Positions 26,449 to 34,080 of a DNA stretch of 64,000 nt are shown here, one piece after another. Made by a program: the position numbers and the translations under genes. The DNA is from Candidatus Poribacteria bacterium. Lineage in GTDB: Bacteria; Poribacteria; WGA-4E; WGA-3G. Under the pieces are notes generated by a model that worked only from the letters and a program-made list of their open reading frames with translations, did no database searches and had not been told where the DNA came from. The DNA lies in contig OZ243938.1 in the NCBI GenBank assembly GCA_965214095.1, positions 2,464,001 through 2,528,000 on the forward strand, given 5' to 3'. Position 1 is the stretch's first letter; each line of letters starts with the position of its first letter.

Positions 26449-28203
26449 ATGAAATTATTGTTTTATTCACTTATTTTTATTCTTATATCTACAATTTCTG
26501 TTGCTGAGGAAGCAGATTCTTTTGGGACTCCACCGTGGCAACCTGCAGGTAAATATACACATAGCGACATCCGTGAAAGTTCCGGAATCGTTGCAAGTCG
26601 GCAGTTTGATGGTGTCTACTGGACATTGAATGACTCGGGTAATCCTGCCGTCCTTTATGCGACTAAACGGAATGGTGAATTAATCCAAGAAATAAAAGTG
26701 CGTGGTACACGCAATTTCGACTGGGAAGCACTCAGTATTGACGACAAAGGACAACTCTGGATCGGTGACATCGGCAACAATAGCCGAATGCGATTTGACT
26801 TGAATGTGTCTGTTGTGAAGGAACCAAATCCGTTCACTGAAACAGAAACAGAGATCATTGCAAAATATCCTTATAAATATCCTGACAAAAATGTAGATGC
26901 AGAAGGTCTGTTTATTGTTAATGGTATACCTTATATTGTCTCTAAAGAACAATCAACTGCGGTCCTTCACCGTTTCCCCGCCTTGAAAGCAAACGAGAAA
27001 CAGGTATTAGAACGTGTCGGTGAATTTGCTGAAGCAAGATTAGTTACAGGTGCAGGTATCTCAGAGGACGGGAAGCAGTTAGCTGTCTGCACCTACAATT
27101 CCTTATGGGTGTATGATGTTACCGGTGATAACTTAGCACAGACGATTAAAGGTAAACCTTGGATATTGCCACACAATTTTCAAGGAGAAGCAATTTGTTT
27201 TGAGGGTCACAATCTCTATCTAACAAACGAAGCACGGGATATTTATGTCCTTCCACAATTTTGGTATGAAAAGCAGTGGAAATTGCCACCAAAGAACACT
27301 CAATCGGCTATATCCCTTTTAGTCAAAGAAAACTCGGATGGATATAAGTTGGAAAACTATCGTGATGCGGGTATTGATATAGATGGAGGACATGTTGCAT
27401 TGAATGCGAAAGCAGTTGGTGCTGAAGTACATCATAAGATTGAAATTCAGCACAGAAACATATACCAAATCAGTGCAGTTATGACTCAAGGACCTGAATA
27501 TGGACTTGCAGAACTCACAGTAAATGGCAAAGTAGTTGGACAACCTAATGATTACTACCATCCTAAACTGGTTGCGGGGACGTTGGTAGTATTTGGCAAA
27601 GTCCCGTTGAATCAAGGTGAGAATCAGATAGTCCTGAAGAATGTTGGGAAATCAACCGAGGCGACAGGATACAAAATTGGTGTCGATTCCTTTCAGATAT
27701 TACATGCCTCTCCGTTCGTGCGGAAATACATGGTTTTAGGTCCATTTCCAAAGGCAGATGCGGCCCCGACTGTTCCATCGGTTTCATCTGAAAAACACCT
27801 AAACTTGAACGACACTTACGCAGGATTAGATGGAAAGACAATTCGTTGGCGTGAGGCAGAGACCCGAACGAGTGGCATGCTGGATTTACGTTCAAACATC
27901 GGTATGAATACAGGAGTTGTTGGATATACGGTTACTTACATCTATGCGCCAAAAGCGATGGACACTACCATGCTGTTAGGTAGCGATGAGACGGTTACGG
28001 TTTGGTTAAACGGTACAGAAATCCACAGAAAACGCGTCTACCGTCGTATCACACGGGATGCAGATGTCATTCCATGCAAGTTGAAGTCAGGATGGAACGA
28101 GGTATTGTGTAGTGTTGAGCAGAACAGTTGGACATGGGCACTGTATCTACGTTTTACAGATGTAGACGGTGTGCTGAAATATAGTCCGCATCCCAACGAT
28201 TAG
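26449..28203 (+). CDS. secreted multidomain protein (propeller-like N-terminus, beta-sandwich/PA14-like C-terminus)
   Basis: Signal peptide; ESSGIVAS...WTLNDSGN, DWEAL, IGDIGNN, DAEGL, QGEAI; C-terminal LGSDETVTVWLNG...LKSGWNEV. Confidence 0.75.
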   Translation: MKLLFYSLIFILISTISVAEEADSFGTPPWQPAGKYTHSDIRESSGIVASRQFDGVYWTLNDSGNPAVLYATKRNGELIQEIKVRGTRNFDWEALSIDDKGQLWIGDIGNNSRMRFDLNVSVVKEPNPFTETETEIIAKYPYKYPDKNVDAEGLFIVNGIPYIVSKEQSTAVLHRFPALKANEKQVLERVGEFAEARLVTGAGISEDGKQLAVCTYNSLWVYDVTGDNLAQTIKGKPWILPHNFQGEAICFEGHNLYLTNEARDIYVLPQFWYEKQWKLPPKNTQSAISLLVKENSDGYKLENYRDAGIDIDGGHVALNAKAVGAEVHHKIEIQHRNIYQISAVMTQGPEYGLAELTVNGKVVGQPNDYYHPKLVAGTLVVFGKVPLNQGENQIVLKNVGKSTEATGYKIGVDSFQILHASPFVRKYMVLGPFPKADAAPTVPSVSSEKHLNLNDTYAGLDGKTIRWREAETRTSGMLDLRSNIGMNTGVVGYTVTYIYAPKAMDTTMLLGSDETVTVWLNGTEIHRKRVYRRITRDADVIPCKLKSGWNEVLCSVEQNSWTWALYLRFTDVDGVLKYSPHPND

Positions 28204-28417
28204 TACAAATTCACCAAATTAGACCTTTTTCCGCTTTAATTCCACAAAATTCTAATAATTACCCAAATTTTTGACATTTTGAACTTGATTTTTTTGGACA
28301 GGGTTTGGTATAACCATTCTATGTCCTGCATGTAACAGGCGATTCTAAATGAAGTTTATTGCTTAATGTGATTTACCTTTTCATCAGACATATTCCAAAT
28401 AGTAAGAAGGTATAAGC

Positions 28418-29122
28418 ATGTATCGTGATTTTTTGACCAGTAAGTGGGTTCTTGGCGGGTTTGCTTTCCTGATAGTGTTTGGCGTATCATGTGTCTTCTG
28501 GTATCATTATGATACTGCCCCCTACAAACGAGATGCAGCTGAAACTGCTGAACTCATGAATCAATTAAAGCAATCAAGAAATGTTCAAAAGGAGGTTAAG
28601 TCTACACCAGTTTCCCCTCCTATTGAAAATAGGGTTGATAATATAAATGAAGAAAAACAAGAGACTACAGTGGATGCAGTTGGCAAAACCGAACAATCTT
28701 CCCTACCCAAAAAGAAAAATGCAAAGGTGCGAATGTCACCGCACGGTTTTGGGGCTTATCCTCAAATTCCTGATGGGGCACCGGTTGCGGAATTTGAGGA
28801 AACTGATAGTGTTAATATGGAACTTCTCGGGCGTGTAATAGTTAAAGCATGGAATGATGGCAAAAGATTTGAAGGCGCTTTTATTGATGGTGATACAGGA
28901 AAGGTTTATCTAAATTACTCTAACGTCTTGTATGTCGAATATTCTGAAGATATAGACGAGGAGACAGGTGAAGTTACGATAGAGATTAGCAGTGTCACTG
29001 GTGCAGCTTCTACGCAAGAAGCTAGTAGATTAGTTCTTGATGGTTACACACCACCAGGATATACACTTATTGATATTACTGAAGTAGGTATCAATCCTTA
29101 TGATTATTTAGATTTACATTAG
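28418..29122 (+). CDS. membrane-anchored hypothetical protein
   Basis: Single N-terminal TM, low-complexity linker, MSPHGFGAYP...GINPYDYLDL domain. Confidence 0.75.
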   Translation: MYRDFLTSKWVLGGFAFLIVFGVSCVFWYHYDTAPYKRDAAETAELMNQLKQSRNVQKEVKSTPVSPPIENRVDNINEEKQETTVDAVGKTEQSSLPKKKNAKVRMSPHGFGAYPQIPDGAPVAEFEETDSVNMELLGRVIVKAWNDGKRFEGAFIDGDTGKVYLNYSNVLYVEYSEDIDEETGEVTIEISSVTGAASTQEASRLVLDGYTPPGYTLIDITEVGINPYDYLDLH

Positions 29123-29142
29123 ACAGTAAAAGGAGTAATAAA

Positions 29143-29705
29143 ATGTTTAAGAAAAATTTGGTAAGTTTCTGTATATTTGTTCTGACAATTAGTTTGTTCA
29201 CTGTACAAGCACACTGGGTTGAGGATCCCGGTCCAAGCATCATTGAGGGTGATGAGAACAACCTTCATCAATCTGATGGTGGCGTTTTTTCGGTGGTATG
29301 ATGCAGTCAGAATGGAAAATTGCTGATCTCAACGATGCAATTGATGATTCTGAAGGTTTTGAATCATTAACTGCTCAAGTTTACTTCAGGAAATCGACTG
29401 ATATTAGTACGATTCCAGACGAAACTAGAGGGAAGGCTTACTGTCAAGTTTGGTGTGCCAAGGAAGTCAGCGATGGTATTACTAAAGGTAGTTATGATGT
29501 TCACGCTAAAGCACGCGGACGGCTTTGGTGGCGAGGTGACAGGCATGATGACGAATTTCAAGGTGGCATTAGCAAGCAAGCCGAAAGGGAAGCAGTACAC
29601 AGAAGATATATAGGACGTCCTACCTATAGCGGTGTACACCTTTGGGGAAAAGCATTTGTTAAGTGTCAAGCAGGTGAACTTGAACTTGAAATGGAATGGC
29701 ATTAG
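29143..29705 (+). pseudogene. secreted hypothetical protein apparently split by a frameshift (52-aa signal-peptide ORF 29143-29301 plus ORF 29298-29705)
   Basis: AAAGGAG RBS then MFKKNLVSFCIFVLTISLFTVQA; one extra T in the T6 tract at 29285-29290 would fuse both frames. Confidence 0.55.
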
Positions 29706-29802
29706 AAGACCAATCTGTATATGAGGAAACCTTATGCCGTAAATGTAATACCATTTCTAATAGAGAATATCTCATTATTGACAATGAATAACAAAGTCAA
29801 TT

Positions 29803-29850
29803 CTTTTGTGGAACGCGGATGACTATTAATACATCCGCGTTCCACAAAAG
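29803..29850. promoter_or_regulatory. perfect 19-bp inverted repeat abutting an RBS
   Basis: CTTTTGTGGAACGCGGATG-10 nt-CATCCGCGTTCCACAAAAG; the 3' arm runs into AAGGAG. Confidence 0.7.
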
Positions 29851-29860
29851 GAGTTTCCAC

Positions 29861-30886
29861 GTGTCACAAAAATATAGCAACCATAAATCCCTTTATAGTG
29901 TCTCCAAGGTATTTATTGTAATTTTTCTCCTTTTCCCCATGGTTTCTCATTCAAAGATTGTCTTTTCATCAAAACGCAGCGATGGTAAAACCCGACATCT
30001 TTATGTTATGGAAGACAATGGCACAAATGTTCAAAAAATTACGAACTCAAAATTCTATGACAGATCCCCTCGTTGGTTTCCAGATGGAAAACAGATCCTT
30101 TTTGAAAGAGACTTAACGTTTGGTAATGGTGGCAAATTTGATGCACAGATATTTAAAGTAGATGCAAACGACCGTTATGAACAATTGCTTATTGCTGATC
30201 ATCCGAGTAACAGACAACCTGCAATTTCCCCGGATGGCAAACTCATTGCCTTTAATAGCAAACGTACAGGTGAATGGGATATTTTTCTACTGAACCTTGA
30301 AAATCAACAACTGACACAATTGACAGACAACCTTGGAAAGGGATGGTCCAATAGGATGGATTGGTCTCCAGATGGAAAAAAGATAGTTTACGAACATGAA
30401 GGTGACGATGGTGAAACTATTCATATAATGAATTCCGATGGCACGGGAAAGAAGAGGTTAAGTCCACGACGACCAGGCACTTTTTTTCTGGGTGCACCAC
30501 GTTGGTCGCCATCCGGTAAATATATTATGTATCCAGAAATGGAAAGGACAAGGGATCTTAAAAACATAGTTCGAATGGACCTCATAATTCTGAATGTATT
30601 ATCAAAGAACTTGGATGTCCATGAATTTCCAAGAGAGAGTCTTCTTGCTTACACTTGTTGGATGGGAGACGACCAGACTGTCCTATTATCTCTCAAGGAT
30701 GATTGGACTAATCCAGAATCCAATTACGAAATCTACCAATATGACCTCAACAGTAAAAGACTCACAAACCTAACCAATGAACCTAGTGGAGATTATGCAC
30801 CGAGTTGGATTAGTGGACCTCTCACGGTTTTAGCATTGGACAAACTGACTATTCGTTGGGCACAACTCAAAGCCATTTATAAATAG
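29861..30886 (+). CDS. TolB-like (PD40/WD40) beta-propeller protein with C-terminal KLxxxWAxLK tail
   Basis: Repeated PxWSPDGK motifs; GTG start after AAGGAG; ends LTVLALDKLTIRWAQLKAIYK. Confidence 0.87.
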   Translation: MSQKYSNHKSLYSVSKVFIVIFLLFPMVSHSKIVFSSKRSDGKTRHLYVMEDNGTNVQKITNSKFYDRSPRWFPDGKQILFERDLTFGNGGKFDAQIFKVDANDRYEQLLIADHPSNRQPAISPDGKLIAFNSKRTGEWDIFLLNLENQQLTQLTDNLGKGWSNRMDWSPDGKKIVYEHEGDDGETIHIMNSDGTGKKRLSPRRPGTFFLGAPRWSPSGKYIMYPEMERTRDLKNIVRMDLIILNVLSKNLDVHEFPRESLLAYTCWMGDDQTVLLSLKDDWTNPESNYEIYQYDLNSKRLTNLTNEPSGDYAPSWISGPLTVLALDKLTIRWAQLKAIYK

Positions 30887-30968
30887 ACCTGAGTGAAAAA
30901 AATATGTGGATGCATATAGTTATTCATCAACATACGCTGCTAAAGTGATATCAAATTACCCCATGATA

Positions 30969-31835
30969 TCACATTCCAAAGTCAATCCTATCACTCTTCA
31001 GGTTTCCCCATGTTGTCGCATATTTCCCATCGGGTTCAACATTGAGAGGTTGTGCAATCTTCGCGAAATCTGCTTCATCAAAAGCCGAATTATATACGAG
31101 GACATCGTCAATGATGCCTTCAAACCAACCGACATTGCTTAGATCTTCAACACCATCGTGGTAAATGGTTTTCTGGGTAACATAGCCGATTGAAGTATCG
31201 TTAGTGTGTGAAAACAACTGACCACCAGATTCTTTCCCGACAAGTTTACCGTCTAACCATATTTCAAACTTATCATTTTCAACTTTATCAGTAGTATCAC
31301 GTAGGACTAAGGCAACATGGTGCCAGCGATCTGCTTTAATTTTCTTTGACATCCAGGCACCGTCCCAGTTATATTGGGCACGATTCCAACCCCCTACATA
31401 TACTTCCCCTTTATGGACATAGACACATAATCCGCGTGTTGCGCCACCTTCTTGAAAGATGACTTGCTTCTCGTTCTTACTGATGTCTCTACAGTTGAAA
31501 AAGGCTGACACTGTTCGATCACTATATGGACCACCTGTGTTGATAAATGGCGTATCTGGGAATTTAATACCATCGTCAATGCCATCAAACTCCAATGCTT
31601 TGTCGTAAATACCTTCAACGGCATTGGGTTGTCCGACAATTTGCCCGTTTATCTTGTTTCCTGATATATCATTTACACTTCCATCATCAAATGTCCATTG
31701 TGCTGCGACCGTTGCTTCATCTCTTTCTGCTTCCACACGCGTAATAGGGTGAATAACTAATACAACAGCAATAATACAGAAAAGAATTGTGAATGGAAAC
31801 TTATTGTTCTTGCGTTTAGTAATTTGATGAACCAT
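30969..31835 (-). CDS. LamG/concanavalin A-like jellyroll protein with C-terminal KxATTWGxLK tail
   Basis: WTFDDG, ALEFDG, WHHVALV, IWLDGK, FEGIIDDV; ends LNVEPDGKYATTWGNLKSDRIDFGM. Confidence 0.88.
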   Translation of the reverse strand: MVHQITKRKNNKFPFTILFCIIAVVLVIHPITRVEAERDEATVAAQWTFDDGSVNDISGNKINGQIVGQPNAVEGIYDKALEFDGIDDGIKFPDTPFINTGGPYSDRTVSAFFNCRDISKNEKQVIFQEGGATRGLCVYVHKGEVYVGGWNRAQYNWDGAWMSKKIKADRWHHVALVLRDTTDKVENDKFEIWLDGKLVGKESGGQLFSHTNDTSIGYVTQKTIYHDGVEDLSNVGWFEGIIDDVLVYNSAFDEADFAKIAQPLNVEPDGKYATTWGNLKSDRIDFGM

Positions 31836-32066
31836 CTTTTTTCTCCTTTAGAACATATACAGACTCTTTATTCCTGTTTCGGTTCGTTAGACATAAGTTA
31901 CAAATGGAATAAGCAACAAAACCCATAAGGAAGTGAACATGTCTTTGGGTAATATTCTATTTGATGCACTACTTTTCGTCAATAAGTAGGTGTAAATGTG
32001 TAAATGCAGGGTTAGTTTTAAGTATTTTCCAAAATAGAGATTTACTAAAAGTTAATACCCAAGCCG

Positions 32067-32090
32067 GTAGGTGCGGTTTCCTAACCGCAC
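32067..32090 (+). repeat. REP hairpin / left target copy
   Basis: GTAG-GTGCGGTTTCCTAACCGCAC; the 20-mer recurs at 33579-33598 and an inverted partner lies at about 33674-33693. Confidence 0.85.
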
Positions 32091-33578
32091 CATAGGCGTC
32101 AATTTAAGGATGCACCAAGACCGATAAGTGTCAACTTTTAATCAGAGGAAGTATAAATTATGAAATAAAACTTCTGTAAAAATGAAAACACCTCATATAT
32201 AATGTAGATATAGATTTATTATGGTCTACAAAGAGGTGTTTCCTAATGAATACATTATCACAAGTTCCCAAAGAAATGCAACATATTCTTACAACTATAG
32301 CCAATGATGCAGCTCTCAATACAGGTTTTGTCAAAAGAAGTTGTAAACTCAACGGTAGTCGTTTTGCTCAAATACTCATTTGGACTTGGTTAGAAAACCC
32401 AGATGCCACCTATACACAACTTGCGCAAACCGCTGGTGTGCTGGGGATTTCAATCTCACGACAAGCCATTGAACAACGATTTACATCTGAAGCAGCAGAG
32501 ACCCTGAAAGTTATCCTTGATGCTACTGCGTCCAAGGTTATTTCTGCCGACCCGCAAACGCTTCCGCTCCTTGAAAAGTTCACTGGTGTCTATTTACAAG
32601 ATAGTTCTTGGATTACACTCCCTGATGTGCTCCACGAAACTTGGGAAGGTGGAAGCAAAAAGAATAAACCGAACACAGCTGCCGTGAAACTCCACCTGCG
32701 TTTTGATAGTGCCACAGGCACTTTTGAACACTTTGAACTGACCAATGGTATCACCGCTGATAGTGCTATTGAAAAGCAGATTGACATGCTACCCGCCGGC
32801 AGTTTGCGCCTCGCAGACCTCGGCTATTATTCACTTGATACCTTCAAAAGACTTTCCGATGCAAACGTCTTTTGGATATCACGCTACAAAGTCCAGTGTT
32901 TTCTCTATGATGAAACAGGTGACCCTTTTTGTTTGCTAAAATGGCTCAAGAAGGGTTCTAATAACTTCAAGGACAAACAAATCTTTATAGGTAAAAACAA
33001 GCGTCTCAAAGCACGATTAGTTGTTCAAAGACTTTCAGAAACAGAAACCCAACAGCGTATTAAGGAGATAAAACATCGTGCAAAGCGGAAGTATACGAAA
33101 CCTTCACCAAAACGACTTCAGCTCGCAAGATGGAATATCTACATTACTAATATAAAAGTAGACCATCTGACTGCTGAACAGATTTGTGCTGTCGCACGCA
33201 TCCGATGGCAGGTTGAGTTGATGTTCAAGTGCTTCAAAAGCATTGGAAAAGTTGATACCTCCCGTAGCGACAAGCCATATAGAATCTTATGTGAGTTATA
33301 TGCAAAACTCATCGTCGCAATTATGCGGCACTGGATCATGTTAAGGGTCGGTTGGCGATGTCTAAAACATAGTCTAACAAAAACAGCAGAACTTATTAGC
33401 ACCTTCGCACGCACACTTGCAATAGGTTTCCGCAAGTCTATAATGTCTTTTCGGCAAACTTTTGATGAAATAAAACACGCTTTCCAAAATGGGTGCTACA
33501 TTGAGAGACGTGCTAATAGAGACACAACATTAGAACACCTTGAAAATGCAGCAAAAAATCACTAAATTGACGCCTATG
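32091..33578 (+). mobile_element. IS4-family insertion sequence
   Basis: Perfect 16-bp TIRs CATAGGCGTCAATTTA (32091-32106) and TAAATTGACGCCTATG (33563-33578); flanked by a direct 20-bp repeat. Confidence 0.92.
32246..33565 (+). CDS. IS4-family DDE transposase
   Basis: LQDSS (D1), LADLGYYS (D2), ARIRWQVELMFKCFKS (YREK-like motif with E); stop codon lies within the right TIR. Confidence 0.92.
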   Translation: MNTLSQVPKEMQHILTTIANDAALNTGFVKRSCKLNGSRFAQILIWTWLENPDATYTQLAQTAGVLGISISRQAIEQRFTSEAAETLKVILDATASKVISADPQTLPLLEKFTGVYLQDSSWITLPDVLHETWEGGSKKNKPNTAAVKLHLRFDSATGTFEHFELTNGITADSAIEKQIDMLPAGSLRLADLGYYSLDTFKRLSDANVFWISRYKVQCFLYDETGDPFCLLKWLKKGSNNFKDKQIFIGKNKRLKARLVVQRLSETETQQRIKEIKHRAKRKYTKPSPKRLQLARWNIYITNIKVDHLTAEQICAVARIRWQVELMFKCFKSIGKVDTSRSDKPYRILCELYAKLIVAIMRHWIMLRVGWRCLKHSLTKTAELISTFARTLAIGFRKSIMSFRQTFDEIKHAFQNGCYIERRANRDTTLEHLENAAKNH

Positions 33579-33763
33579 GTGCGGTTTCCTAACCGCACCG
33601 GAACCCACAAGAAAACTGACTATGAAAGGTTTTATCACAAAGTCGCCAGAATATGCGTGTGGTATTTTGCATTGGTTAGGAAACCGCACCTACCAGCTTG
33701 AGGCATTTAGCATTTGTGAAAAAATACAAGAAAAACCGAAAACTAAATAACCCCCTCTGCATA

Positions 33764-34003
33764 CAGGGTTATTTAGTTTTCGGTAATTCTGATAGATTTG
33801 TTCACATATCAATATAATGCAATGCAAAGTAGTAGGCGCACTCCGTGTGCCGTATACATTAGAACACAATATAGACGGCACACGGAGTGTGCCTACTACC
33901 ATGAACATTTATGAAGAAAAGGAGAGTGGATCTAAACACGACTCACAATATAAACTTTCAGTCATGCCGTTCAGTTGATATTTCTTAAAACTAAATAACC
34001 CTG
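33764..34003. mobile_element. 240-bp MITE with CAGGG ends (ISAs1-like) carrying an inverted REP pair
   Basis: Perfect 17-bp TIR CAGGGTTATTTAGTTTT; 9-bp TSD CTCTGCATA at 33755-33763 and 34004-34012; internal GTAGTAGGCGCACTCCGTGTGCCGT and its inverted copy (33829-33899). Confidence 0.88.
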
Positions 34004-34021
34004 CTCTGCATATAATCTCTC

Positions 34022-34050
34022 TTGACAAAATAACACATATACATTATACT
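34022..34050 (+). promoter_or_regulatory. sigma-70 type promoter of the helicase gene
   Basis: TTGACA-17 nt-TATACT, 30 nt before ATG 34081. Confidence 0.72.
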
Positions 34051-34080
34051 ACATGATAAATTCATAGTGTAGAGGGTTAG

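Noticed and set aside
33690-33908. 72-aa ORF (and similar ORFs at 37093-37308, 39761-39958, 49185-49409, 55065-55352)
   Set aside because: These are translations of MITE/REP DNA; VVGTLRVPS recurs only because the repeat does.
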